From Waterburya sp. (GTDB taxonomy: Bacteria > Cyanobacteriota > Cyanobacteriia > Cyanobacteriales > Xenococcaceae): a DNA stretch of 64,000 nt. A model generated the notes under the pieces. It saw only the letters and a program-made list of their open reading frames with translations, ran no database searches and had not been told where the DNA came from. The stretch spans positions 4,448,001 to 4,512,000 of the forward strand of contig CBDCJV010000002.1 of NCBI GenBank assembly GCA_965217895.1, written 5' to 3'. Both the position numbers and the translations under genes were made by a program. Below, piece after piece: positions 40,152-50,153 of this stretch (position 1 is its first letter; each line of letters begins with the position of its first letter).

Positions 40152-43046
40152 ATGACTACATTATTACAAAATCTGCTGCTGGAAACTTTGCCCGCAGACA
40201 TAGATCTGATTCTACACAATTACATAGAAAACATATTACCTGCCTTAGAAAGAGAATTTTCTGCTGCGCCAGCAATGGGAGGGGATGAGGAGATAACTTA
40301 TCAAACTTTGCTAAAAACTGGTGATAAGTATGCACAAGAAAGATCTCAAGACTGGTCAAAAAAAGGCGATCAAAATCTATGCGTTCACGTACTTAATGCC
40401 TTACTTACTGCTTGGAATTTAATACCTTATCTCAATTCTAATCTTGCACTATCCGAAGTTGAAAAAGAGTTGTTGTGTCTGGGAATAACTTTACATGACT
40501 ATGATAAGCACTGTCGTCACCAGGGAATTAAACCGCCTCATGCTGCGGAAGTATCGGAAATAATCGAAACTTGTGGTCAGTTGGGTAAAAAACTAAATTT
40601 CGGGGCTTTTTGGAAAGAATGGCAAAGCTATCTCCCAGAAATCGCGTTCTTGGCACAAAATACTCACGCAAAACACGGAACAAACTTAAATTCTGCTAAT
40701 TGGGGGCAATTTAAACACGATTCTCGCCGTCTGAAAAATCCTTTGCGCTATCTAGTAGCTTTTGGCGATGTGGCAGTACACTTGGGCGATCCTGGGGATA
40801 TTGCTACTCAAACTGCTGGCGATCGCTTGCGAGAGCATTTGAAGAGTTTGCAGATAAAAGAAAAGCTAGTTTATCATCGCTTGCGAGATACTTTGGGCAT
40901 CCTGACTAATGCGATTCATAATGCTACGGTTTTGTTTGCTAAAGATTTAGATTGGCAACCTTTACTTTTTTTTGCTCAAGGTGTAGTTTATCTTGCACCA
41001 GCAGACTATGAAACGCCAGAAAAAGAAGAGTTATCAGAATTTATTTGGCAACAGGTTCGCAGTGCACTAGGTAGCAAAATGCTTGGAGGCGAAATAGGTT
41101 TTAAACGAGATGGCAAAGGTTTAAAAGTTGCGCCTCAAACTTTAGAGTTTTTTCAACCTGGGGAATTAATTAGAAAGCTTCCTGAAGTAGTAGAAACAAA
41201 AGTTAGAAATGAAAATAATCCTGCTACTCCTAAAAGGTTGGATACTTTAAATTTAGATAAAACAGAAAAAGAGCGATTAAACAAGGTAGCAAATCTTAGA
41301 TGCGATCGCCTGGCTGAATTGATAATTTTAATTCAAAAGGAATTTTTAGCTAATAGCCCTGAATTTATTGACTGGATTTTAAATTATTTAGGATTAGCAG
41401 ATAAAATAACTCCCGAACAAACTCAAATACAAGCAGGGGGAGTAAATCGCGGTTGGTATTATACTGCTGCTCACTATATTGCTAATAATCCTACTTTAGA
41501 CGACCAACAAGTACAAGAAAAACTAGAAAAATTAGTTCAAGAGTTAGCAGATTGGGCAGAAGAAAATAATTTATTACCCGAACATCATAGCCATACAGAA
41601 GCAATTTTCTATGACTATCTAAATCAGTATTTAGAAGTACAAGGATGGGAATATACTAATAATTCTTTTGCAGCAGAATTTAATAATTATCAACTTGCCA
41701 AAACTAAACAAGCCAAAGTTCCTATTTGTTCACTAAGTTCTGGGGAGTTTGCATCAGAAGATCAGCTTGATTCTGTAGTCTTATTTAAACCCCAGCAATA
41801 TAGTAATAAAAATGCTTTGGGAAGTGGCAGAATTAAGCGCGGAATCTCTAAAATATGGTCGCTAGAAATGTTGTTACGTCAGGCATTTTGGTCGGCTAGT
41901 TCGGGAAAATTTGCCGATTTACAACCAGTATTTTTATATATCTTTCCTGCTTATCTTTATTCTCCACAAGTAGTTGGGGCAATCAAATTATTATGCGATC
42001 GCCTGAATAACATTAATCTTTGGGATATTCGTAAAACTTGGATTAATAACAATATGGATATCTTTGCTTTGAGTAGCTGGAATTGGCTAAAAGATATCGA
42101 AGCTGGAGGACAAAGTGAAGCTAGATATGAATCTTCTCAATTGCCCTTTATGGCGACAATCTTTACCACTACCAGGGGAAAAACTACTACTGATGCCTGG
42201 GTGCAACCTACATTTTTGGCTTTAGCCTTGCCTATGTTATTAGGAGTCAGAGTTATTACGACAGATAGCTTTGTTCCTCCATATAACAGTGATAGTGACT
42301 TCAAAGCTTCGGTAATCTTAGACCAACCAGGGGGATTTTATAACCTATTAGGTTTACCAACTTCTTTACGCATTCAGCAGTTAGAACCTGCTTTAGAAAA
42401 ATTACTAATTGCTTGTAGTATTCACCTCGATACTCGTAGTTCTCCACCTGATGCTAAATGGCAAGCATTTAATAGCACCACACAAGAACTAAAAAGTGAT
42501 GTTTTAAATATCTTTGCTCTAGCTTTTGAAGGATTACGAAGAGATAGTAGAGATAAGCTTTCAACAGAAGAAATTAACCGCTATATTACCTATGCCGAAA
42601 AATGGTCGCAAGGAGATTTATTAATGACAGAAAAACTTTCAGTAACCAAAAAAATTACCGAACAATACTATCAGTTTTATCATGTTGGCGCGAATGAATC
42701 TAGCCACTCGATATTATTACCTTTCACTAAAGCTTTAGAACAAATACTTGCTGTTCCTGACTACTTTGATGATGAAGAACTAGTCTTGCAAGGAACAGGA
42801 GAAATAAAAAGAGCTTTAGACAGACAAAAAATATATAAACGCCCTCTGATGAAAGACAAAACAGTTGACTACACAACCAGACAACAACAAGAAGAAACAT
42901 CAATTGAAACCTTTATGACTACCTGTGTTAAGGAACTATTCGGCAAAATGTGTAAGGGCGATCGCGCTTTATTACAACAGTATCAAAACCGTTTTAAATC
43001 AGGGGTGATTATTTACTATCAAAAATTAGCCCGCGATAGTAAGTAA
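40152..43046 (+). CDS. cas10d: Cas10d/Csc3 with N-terminal HD nuclease
   Basis: DQNLCVHVLN, LHDYDK and FKPQQYSNKN motifs; I-D gene order. Confidence 0.93.
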   Translation: MTTLLQNLLLETLPADIDLILHNYIENILPALEREFSAAPAMGGDEEITYQTLLKTGDKYAQERSQDWSKKGDQNLCVHVLNALLTAWNLIPYLNSNLALSEVEKELLCLGITLHDYDKHCRHQGIKPPHAAEVSEIIETCGQLGKKLNFGAFWKEWQSYLPEIAFLAQNTHAKHGTNLNSANWGQFKHDSRRLKNPLRYLVAFGDVAVHLGDPGDIATQTAGDRLREHLKSLQIKEKLVYHRLRDTLGILTNAIHNATVLFAKDLDWQPLLFFAQGVVYLAPADYETPEKEELSEFIWQQVRSALGSKMLGGEIGFKRDGKGLKVAPQTLEFFQPGELIRKLPEVVETKVRNENNPATPKRLDTLNLDKTEKERLNKVANLRCDRLAELIILIQKEFLANSPEFIDWILNYLGLADKITPEQTQIQAGGVNRGWYYTAAHYIANNPTLDDQQVQEKLEKLVQELADWAEENNLLPEHHSHTEAIFYDYLNQYLEVQGWEYTNNSFAAEFNNYQLAKTKQAKVPICSLSSGEFASEDQLDSVVLFKPQQYSNKNALGSGRIKRGISKIWSLEMLLRQAFWSASSGKFADLQPVFLYIFPAYLYSPQVVGAIKLLCDRLNNINLWDIRKTWINNNMDIFALSSWNWLKDIEAGGQSEARYESSQLPFMATIFTTTRGKTTTDAWVQPTFLALALPMLLGVRVITTDSFVPPYNSDSDFKASVILDQPGGFYNLLGLPTSLRIQQLEPALEKLLIACSIHLDTRSSPPDAKWQAFNSTTQELKSDVLNIFALAFEGLRRDSRDKLSTEEINRYITYAEKWSQGDLLMTEKLSVTKKITEQYYQFYHVGANESSHSILLPFTKALEQILAVPDYFDDEELVLQGTGEIKRALDRQKIYKRPLMKDKTVDYTTRQQQEETSIETFMTTCVKELFGKMCKGDRALLQQYQNRFKSGVIIYYQKLARDSK
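42624..43046 (+). CDS. cas11d: Cas11d small subunit, internally translated from cas10d (140 aa)
   Basis: AAGGAG at 42610-42615 precedes an in-frame ATG at 42624; internal Cas11d translation is established for type I-D. Confidence 0.75.
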   Translation: MTEKLSVTKKITEQYYQFYHVGANESSHSILLPFTKALEQILAVPDYFDDEELVLQGTGEIKRALDRQKIYKRPLMKDKTVDYTTRQQQEETSIETFMTTCVKELFGKMCKGDRALLQQYQNRFKSGVIIYYQKLARDSK

Positions 43047-43091
43047 ACAGTTATCAGTTTTATATCACAAGTAATCCAAGTATTTTGCATT

Positions 43092-44096
43092 ATGAATATT
43101 CTTTCTGAAATCAAATCTCTCTTCAATCCCGCTTTTCCTCGTCTTGCAGGTGGTAAATATATCCATTTTATAATGCTACGACACACCCAATCTTTTCCTG
43201 TTTTTCAAACTGATGGAATATTAAATACTGTTCGCACTCAAGCAGGCATAGAAAACACAAACAAAATTAGTCGTTTGGTACAGTTTAAACGCAAACAAAC
43301 TACTCCAGAGAGATTAACTGGTAGAGAATTACTGCGCTCTTTAAATATTACCAATGCCGATAAAGCAGCCGATTGTTACTGTGAATATAATGGCGATAAA
43401 TCTTGCAAGCAATGTCCCGATTGTATTATTTATGGTTTTGCGATCGGTGATAGCGGTTCAGAACGTTCTAAAGTGTATTCCGATTCGGGTTTTTCTCTAA
43501 CTCCTTATGATGAAAATTCCCGTCGTAGTTTTACTTTTAATGCCCCCTTTGAAGGAGGAACGATGAGTGAAGCTGGTCAAATGCGAAGTGCGATTAATCA
43601 ACTAGATCATATCTTACCAGAAGTTACTTTTCCTACTGTAGAAACTTTAAAAGATGTGACCCAAGAAGCTTTTATATATGTACTTGGTAACTTATTAAGA
43701 ACTAAACGCTATGGCGCACAGGAATCTCGAACAGGTACAGTCAAAAATCATCTATTAGGTATTGTATTTTGTGATGGGGAAATCTTTAGTAATCTTCAGT
43801 TTACTCAGGCATTATATGATGTTCTAAAAACCAAAAATCTTCTCGATGGAAATATCGGCGATCTAAAAATTGAAGCAGAACAAGTTATTAACAATTTATT
43901 GGAACAAGAATTAGTGTGTAAAAATAAAACAATTTTTGGCTCGGAATTAGAACAATTAGTTGCTGAAGTAAGTAATATTTACCAAAACCAGGAAACTCTA
44001 CAAAATACTCTAAATACGTTAAGCGAACAAACCAAAACCTATTCTACGGAATATGGTGCCAATGTAGACAATAAAAAGAAAAGTAAAAAGAAATAA
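43092..44096 (+). CDS. cas7: Cas7d/Csc2
   Basis: FKRKQTTPERLTGRELLR, CPDCIIYGFAIG and RYGAQESRTG motifs. Confidence 0.93.
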   Translation: MNILSEIKSLFNPAFPRLAGGKYIHFIMLRHTQSFPVFQTDGILNTVRTQAGIENTNKISRLVQFKRKQTTPERLTGRELLRSLNITNADKAADCYCEYNGDKSCKQCPDCIIYGFAIGDSGSERSKVYSDSGFSLTPYDENSRRSFTFNAPFEGGTMSEAGQMRSAINQLDHILPEVTFPTVETLKDVTQEAFIYVLGNLLRTKRYGAQESRTGTVKNHLLGIVFCDGEIFSNLQFTQALYDVLKTKNLLDGNIGDLKIEAEQVINNLLEQELVCKNKTIFGSELEQLVAEVSNIYQNQETLQNTLNTLSEQTKTYSTEYGANVDNKKKSKKK

Positions 44097-44125
44097 ATAG
44101 TCTACTGATAACTAATAACTGTTGT

Positions 44126-44866
44126 ATGAATCTCCCACATTTTTATCTATGTCATTTGACATTACACGATAATGTTTTCTTTGCTAGTAGGGAAATGGGT
44201 ACTCTTTATGAAACAGAGAAGTATCTCCATAATTGGGCATTAACCTATGCTTTATTTGAAGTTACGCATATTCCTAAACCCTACCGAATGCAAGGAAATC
44301 TAGCCCAAAAACCTGTTTATCTAGAGCGCGATCGCGAACAAAATTTAGTTCAATTAAACGATCTTGGAATTTATGTTTTTCCTGCATTACCGATAACTTG
44401 GTCTTACCAAATTAATACTTTTAAAGCTGCCCAAGTTGCCTATTACGGAAAGTCAAAACAATTTGGGGCAAAAGGAGCAGATCGTAACTATCCTATTAAT
44501 TATGGCAGAGCCAAAGAATTAGCAGTCGGTAGCATTTATTGCACATATATTATAAGTAAAGACAAGATTAACATTCCGCAATGGATTAGGTTGGGAAAAT
44601 GGTCATCTAAAATAAAAATTGAAGTTGAACCATTAGAAATTTCAAATATCAAATCTAGATCTGGCACTTTTATTTGTCGCCATCCTCTAAACCCCATCGA
44701 TCTACCTTTATCAACTCAGCTATTGCTGTATAACCGCATAGTGATGCCCCCATCAAGTCTAGTTTCTCAAGCACAACTAGAGGGAGATTTCTGGGAATTA
44801 CCAGACACCAAATTACCTAGAGGAACAAAATATGGACAGTCTGTACTGTCTCAAGCTAATAGTTAA
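44126..44866 (+). CDS. cas5: Cas5d/Csc1
   Basis: FFASREMG, LHNWALTYA and WIRLGKW motifs. Confidence 0.92.
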   Translation: MNLPHFYLCHLTLHDNVFFASREMGTLYETEKYLHNWALTYALFEVTHIPKPYRMQGNLAQKPVYLERDREQNLVQLNDLGIYVFPALPITWSYQINTFKAAQVAYYGKSKQFGAKGADRNYPINYGRAKELAVGSIYCTYIISKDKINIPQWIRLGKWSSKIKIEVEPLEISNIKSRSGTFICRHPLNPIDLPLSTQLLLYNRIVMPPSSLVSQAQLEGDFWELPDTKLPRGTKYGQSVLSQANS

Positions 44867-44878
44867 TAGTTTTGAAAT

Positions 44879-45676
44879 ATGGTTTCTAATTTAGACTCAT
44901 TGCATTCTACTGTTGTTAGTCTTGCTGTAGAAGATAATAGTAAGATACCATCAGGTTTAAATCGAGCTATTCACGCTCAAGTTTTAGCATGGTTGCAACA
45001 AGGAAATCCAGAAATATCTGCTTTAATTCATAATAGTCAGCGATCGCCTTTGAGTATTTCGGAACTAATTAAAAAAACCAATTCTCCAATTACTAAGTCA
45101 AGACATTGCCAAGAGACTAATCGGCTATTCTTTAGAGTCAATTTTTTGCAAGGGTATCTTCTGCCAATTCTATTAAAAGGGATGGAAACAGAAAAAAAGA
45201 TATCTTTGGCAGATCATAAGTTCATTCTAATTGGTGTAGATTCCCTACCTGGTGTAGATTCTCAAGCACGATTGACTACATACAAAGAAGTAGTAGAGAG
45301 TAGCAAACCTTGTGGTGAAATTAATCTCAAACTGATTTCTCCCACAAGTTTTAAACACAATGGCTGCATTCAACCATTTCCCTTACCAGAATTAGTTTTT
45401 AATAATCTACTTCGTCGTTGGAATACCTTTGCACCAGCAGAATATCATTTTCCCAAAGTTGATTGGCAAGGAATGACCGCAGCTTACAATCTCAAAACCG
45501 AAGTTATTAAAAAAGAAGTTACCGAAATAGGCTCTGTCGGTTGGGTTAAATACAAATTTAAGGATGAAAAAAAAGTCAAAATAGCTACTATATTAGCCAA
45601 TTTTGCCAACTTCTCAGGGATAGGACGCAAAACATCATTAGGCATGGGTCAGACCCAATTTAAGCCCAAAATTTAA
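44879..45676 (+). CDS. cas6: Cas6 endoribonuclease
   Basis: SPTSF, PLPELVF and G-rich loop GIGRKTSLGMG. Confidence 0.93.
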   Translation: MVSNLDSLHSTVVSLAVEDNSKIPSGLNRAIHAQVLAWLQQGNPEISALIHNSQRSPLSISELIKKTNSPITKSRHCQETNRLFFRVNFLQGYLLPILLKGMETEKKISLADHKFILIGVDSLPGVDSQARLTTYKEVVESSKPCGEINLKLISPTSFKHNGCIQPFPLPELVFNNLLRRWNTFAPAEYHFPKVDWQGMTAAYNLKTEVIKKEVTEIGSVGWVKYKFKDEKKVKIATILANFANFSGIGRKTSLGMGQTQFKPKI

Positions 45677-45695
45677 TCTCAAAAATATCAAAAAA

Positions 45696-46286
45696 ATGAA
45701 TGAAAATTATTTACCTCTAGCGTATCTCAATGCCTGGGAATATTGCCCACGCCGTTTTTACATCGAATACGAATTAGGAGAAATGGCAGACAACGAATAT
45801 ATCCTTCAAGGTCGCCATATTCATCGCAACGTAGATGTTGAAGGCACACATCAAGAAGAGAATATTACAACCCATCGCCATCAATGGGTGTGGAGCGATC
45901 GCCTGAAAGTTAACGGCGTAATCGATGCGGTAGAAGAAAAAAAGGGTGAATTAATCCCTATAGAATACAAAAAAGGTCGCCAAGGAAGACATCTCAACGA
46001 CCATTTTCAACTTTGTGCTGCTGCTTTATGTATTGAAGAAAGAATCCATAAAACTATCGCTTATGGAGAAATCTTTTACTACGGCAATCGTCGCCGACAG
46101 AAAGTAGAGTTTACGCCTCAATTACGGCAAATGACAGAACAGGCGATCGCTTCGGCACTCGCTACTACAAAAGAAAAAATGCCACCACCCATTAATAACA
46201 GCAAAAAATGTCAGGCTTGCAGCCTCAAAAATATCTGTCTTCCCCAGGAAATTAAATATTTGCTTAAAGAAAAGTCTCTTAACTAA
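45696..46286 (+). CDS. cas4: Cas4
   Basis: YCPRR, GVID, EYKKG, QLCA and CQACSLKNIC motifs. Confidence 0.95.
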   Translation: MNENYLPLAYLNAWEYCPRRFYIEYELGEMADNEYILQGRHIHRNVDVEGTHQEENITTHRHQWVWSDRLKVNGVIDAVEEKKGELIPIEYKKGRQGRHLNDHFQLCAAALCIEERIHKTIAYGEIFYYGNRRRQKVEFTPQLRQMTEQAIASALATTKEKMPPPINNSKKCQACSLKNICLPQEIKYLLKEKSLN

Positions 46287-46314
46287 CAACAAACTATCAA
46301 GTCTCAGAAAAAAA

Positions 46315-46737
46315 ATGACTGAACCAATTTCCGAAATTATCACATACACTATTTTTGTCTCGACTGTCTTCGGTACAGTGTTTGGTGCAGTTTTTTACCT
46401 CCCATACCGCATTGAAAAACCCAAAAAAATTCTCAGACAACTTAAATATCTTTCAGGTCGAAGTAGCAATAATGGATGTATTACAGTATTCGATCTAGCT
46501 ACCGAAGCAGAAATAAATCCCAAAGAAGCCAAAAAAGCTTTAGATGAATACATTCAAGAACTTGAGGGAGAAAAATTAGTTTCTGCCAAAGGAGAAGTTT
46601 ATTATGTCTTTCCTCGCGGAGACAAAATCTTTAAAGAAGAAACCCAATTGCAGCTAGAAAGTGCTACTGACAGAAAAATTAATCGCTTAGAAGAACAAAT
46701 AACCAAACTTCAAAAACAACTTGAATCCGATAAATAA
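46315..46737 (+). CDS. Hypothetical membrane-anchored protein (TM, wHTH-like region, coiled coil)
   Basis: Hydrophobic N-terminus; ITVFDLATEAEINPKEAKKALD; C-terminal heptads. Confidence 0.7.
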   Translation: MTEPISEIITYTIFVSTVFGTVFGAVFYLPYRIEKPKKILRQLKYLSGRSSNNGCITVFDLATEAEINPKEAKKALDEYIQELEGEKLVSAKGEVYYVFPRGDKIFKEETQLQLESATDRKINRLEEQITKLQKQLESDK

Positions 46738-46752
46738 ACTCTAATAACTTCT

Positions 46753-46812
46753 GGTGGGCAAAAATAATAGGTGTTCAACAAAAAACAAAGCCATATATTT
46801 TGCCCACCCTAC
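46753..46812. repeat. REP-like inverted repeat upstream of cas1
   Basis: GGTGGGCAAAA...TTTTGCCCACCCTAC. Confidence 0.6.
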
Positions 46813-46830
46813 AACTGATAACTAAAAAAA

Positions 46831-47808
46831 ATGTCTGTTTTATATATAACTCAACCCGATGCCATCATTAACAAAGCTCAAGAAGCATTTAAAATTGCCC
46901 TCAAACAAGAAGATGGCACTTGGAAAAAGCGATCGCTGCCAGCCCAAACTATCGAACAAATAGTATTAATGGGCAATCCCCAGATTACGGGAGATGCTCT
47001 TACCTATGCCTTAAATTTAGGAATGCCAGTCCATTATTTAACTTATTTTGGCAAATATATAGGTTCGGCTTTACCTGGATATTCTCGCAATGGTCAACTG
47101 AGACTGGCTCAATTTGAATTATATCGAGACATGGAAAAACGCTTGGAATTAGTCAAAGCTATTGTCAAAGCCAAAATTCACAATCAAAGATCGCTTCTCT
47201 ATCAACACGGACAAAAAGACGATCCTCTTAAACTACGTAAGTCAGCAGTAAAAGAACAAAGGACTATAGACCAGGTTAGAGGCATAGAAGGAATAGCAGC
47301 TAAAGAATATTTTAGCTATTGGAATAATATTCTCAAGCATGGCTGGACTTTTCCTGGGCGTAAACGTCGTCCTCCAAGCGATCCTGTTAATGCTTTACTT
47401 AGTTTTGCTTATGGATTACTACGAGTTCAAGTAACCGCAGCGACTCATATTGTCGGTTTAGACCCCTACATTGGCTATCTTCACGAAGTTCATCACGGTC
47501 AACCAGCAATGGTTTTAGATCTGATGGAAGAATTCAGACCTTTAGTAGCCGATAGTTTAGTTATTTCCATTATTAACAATCGAGAAATTAAACGGTCAGA
47601 ATTTACCGAAAGTCTTGGCGCATATCGTCTATCTGATGAAGGTCGTAAGAAATTCCTTCAAGCCTTTGAACGAAAAATGAACGATGAATTCAAGCATCAT
47701 GTCTTTGGCTATCGTTGTTCCTACCGTCGAGCAATTGAATTACAGGCTCGTCTTTTGGGTCGTCATTTACAAGAAAAAGTAGCTTATAAGCCTCTGAAAC
47801 TAAGGTAA
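46831..47808 (+). CDS. cas1: Cas1 (type I-D)
   Basis: RGIEG, DPVNALLSFAY, GYLH and LDLMEEFRP motifs. Confidence 0.96.
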   Translation: MSVLYITQPDAIINKAQEAFKIALKQEDGTWKKRSLPAQTIEQIVLMGNPQITGDALTYALNLGMPVHYLTYFGKYIGSALPGYSRNGQLRLAQFELYRDMEKRLELVKAIVKAKIHNQRSLLYQHGQKDDPLKLRKSAVKEQRTIDQVRGIEGIAAKEYFSYWNNILKHGWTFPGRKRRPPSDPVNALLSFAYGLLRVQVTAATHIVGLDPYIGYLHEVHHGQPAMVLDLMEEFRPLVADSLVISIINNREIKRSEFTESLGAYRLSDEGRKKFLQAFERKMNDEFKHHVFGYRCSYRRAIELQARLLGRHLQEKVAYKPLKLR

Positions 47809-47831
47809 CAGTCAACATTTATCAGATTTTC

Positions 47832-48125
47832 ATGAGTCAGTTACTATATTTAATTATTTACGATCTGCCGAATACTAAGCCAGGAAATAAACGTCGCACC
47901 AGATTACACGATTTACTTTGTGGCTATGGCAAATGGACACAATATAGTGTTTTTGAATGTTTTCTGACCAATATGCAGTTTGTCAAGTTGCAGCATCAAA
48001 TTGAGAATCTGATTAAACCTGAAACTGATTCGGTAAGAATTTATGTTTTAAATGCTACTGCTATAAAAAAAGCGATCGCTTACGGTTCTCAAAAACCAGA
48101 ATATGAGGATACAATCATTTTGTAG
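47832..48125 (+). CDS. cas2: Cas2
   Basis: IIYDL, QYSVFEC and DSVRIY motifs. Confidence 0.96.
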   Translation: MSQLLYLIIYDLPNTKPGNKRRTRLHDLLCGYGKWTQYSVFECFLTNMQFVKLQHQIENLIKPETDSVRIYVLNATAIKKAIAYGSQKPEYEDTIIL

Positions 48126-48326
48126 TCGAATTATTTTCTGTCGAACTCAAGCGCGGGCGTAATCCCTGAAAGGTTTGACAAAACTCTAGAACCTTCACAA
48201 TTCAACACTTTGAGCAGTTTGCTTTTTGTATTATGCGTATTTCATTTAGTGATTGGAAGCGAATTTTGGGAGGCTCGTCAGTTTCAGTTGTCAAAGGCAT
48301 TGATTATAATTGTTTCGGGTGGCGGA

Positions 48327-48949
48327 GTCGCTAACCTATTAATCCCAAGTGCGGGACTGAAACGTAATATTCTCGTTATAGTTTTTACGCACCTCCAAGG
48401 TCGCTAACCTATTAATCCCAAGTGCGGGACTGAAACATTAAAATTAATCCTTGAGTTTTTTCGTCTAGTTGTCGCTAACCTATTAATCCCAAGTGCGTGA
48501 CTGAAACGTAACATCATCAATCGGCAGTGTTTTGGTAAACTGTCGCTAACCTATTAATCCCAAGTGCGGGACTGAAACATATCAAGTAGCTTTCTAATAA
48601 TTTCTACCGCGTCGGGTCGCTAACCTATTAATCCCAAGTGCGGGACTGAAACATAACGGGTACTATTCTCAGCAATACAATTATCAGCATGTCGCTAACC
48701 TATTAATCCCAAGTGCGGGACTGAAACCAGCAGATGGGGGCGTGACAAACACGATGAAGTTTAGGTCGCTAACCTATTAATCCCAAGTGCGGGACTGAAA
48801 CATTAATTTTAATACCTGTAAATAAAATAAAACTTTAACAGTCGCTAACCTATTAATCCCAAGTGCGGGACTGAAACATATATCCTGTATTCCCCACTAG
48901 GAATGTGGTAATGTCGCTAACCTATTAATCTCAACTGCGGGACCGAAAC
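48327..48949 (+). CRISPR. Type I-D array 2: 9 repeats GTCGCTAACCTATTAATCCCAAGTGCGGGACTGAAAC, 8 spacers
   Basis: Repeats at 48327, 48400, 48471, 48542, 48616, 48691, 48765, 48841 and 48913 (last degenerate); leader at 48130-48326. Confidence 0.97.
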
Positions 48950-49049
48950 GGAAGCTTATCCCAGTCGGCGAAACAATACTCTGCTCAAATTTCGTTTTTT
49001 TCGATCTATTATCAATTCTAAAAAATTGGTAGTATTAAATCGATCAATG

Positions 49050-49334
49050 TTAATAATTCCATTGTCGTACCATTCCCAAACCAAAACCTAACAACTGTAC
49101 TTCCACAATCCACATATCCTCATCGATAGAGAAAACAAACTTGTTAGCGAAACTAATTCTGATATTTCTGCTTGGAATTCCCAAAGAATCTCTTTCCTGC
49201 TGCCAGATAACGAAATCTGCAGTAAGCAAATTGAACTGGAAATAGTCATGGTATTTAGACTGAAATCGACGCTCAAATATTTTGATTAAAGACATATCAT
49301 TTTCTAAAACAACTATTGGTACTAGTCCCACCAA
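49050..49334 (-). CDS. Hypothetical protein
   Basis: ORF overlapping the stop of the upstream gene; no motif recognised. Confidence 0.35.
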   Translation of the reverse strand: MVGLVPIVVLENDMSLIKIFERRFQSKYHDYFQFNLLTADFVIWQQERDSLGIPSRNIRISFANKFVFSIDEDMWIVEVQLLGFGLGMVRQWNY

Positions 49335-49876
49335 TAAGCAACAACGACTGCATCCAGACGTTCGAGGTTGGATTGGTTGAGTACACTTTTCTCTTTCTTT
49401 GCCAAGCTTTCTCTTAATCTAAACTGAGTGTAATAACCGTATTCTTCGTTATGGCGATCGATAACCTCTACAGAATCGGCTCGCCATTTTTTACCCAAAT
49501 CTATCAACTGCGTCACCAATGTCTCCTGGTTTTCAGTCAAGACATATAACGTATCAGCAGGATAGGGAATAAATTGAATCATACTAGTTTCGGGCAAAGG
49601 GCGATAGTTAGCCAATGCCAGTAAGGTAGTAACCAAATTAGCAAAGCTTAATCCTCCTTCATCTGGAGGAGCATAAATGGCTTTGGCGAAGAGAAAGCTA
49701 TGCCACAAGTCTAAATTATGAGATAAATCAGTAATTACTTCTTCGCCATTAAACTCATTAAACCGACGTTGCCAAACTAAAGCACTCAATAGCTCTTGGG
49801 GAGAGTATGAGGTAGCGATATTTTGAATTTTGTTAGTGTCTAGCATAGATAAATTGCTCGATCGCGCAGCCGACAA
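49322..49876 (-). CDS. Hypothetical protein (C-terminal YWWD)
   Basis: 184-aa ORF; start uncertain. Confidence 0.6.
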   Translation of the reverse strand: MSAARSSNLSMLDTNKIQNIATSYSPQELLSALVWQRRFNEFNGEEVITDLSHNLDLWHSFLFAKAIYAPPDEGGLSFANLVTTLLALANYRPLPETSMIQFIPYPADTLYVLTENQETLVTQLIDLGKKWRADSVEVIDRHNEEYGYYTQFRLRESLAKKEKSVLNQSNLERLDAVVVAYWWD

Positions 49877-50153
49877 AATCGTCCTATAGGGATTCTAGTA
49901 ACTCATATAATGGGTGAAACTTATCGTTTGGTAATCTCTTGAAGGTTTTTAACCGTTAGTATGAGTGCTAAGATTTCGGCTATAGTTGACATACTGAATC
50001 AAATACCTCAAATTTTGTGGTCATATCAATATAATGCCGAAATTTGGTCATCGAAACGAACACCTGACGTTAGTGTGACAATTAAAGAGCGTCGTTAATA
50101 AGGGATTTGTTGGCAGTAGCCATAACTTTCAAAGGTGCAGATCCATAGTCAGC

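Noticed and set aside
34831..47808. Reading the locus as a type I-D CAST with Cascade-guided transposition
   Set aside because: Cas3', the Cas10d HD motif and the adaptation genes are present, there is no TnsA, and cas12k, tracrRNA and the homing spacer already explain the insertion site
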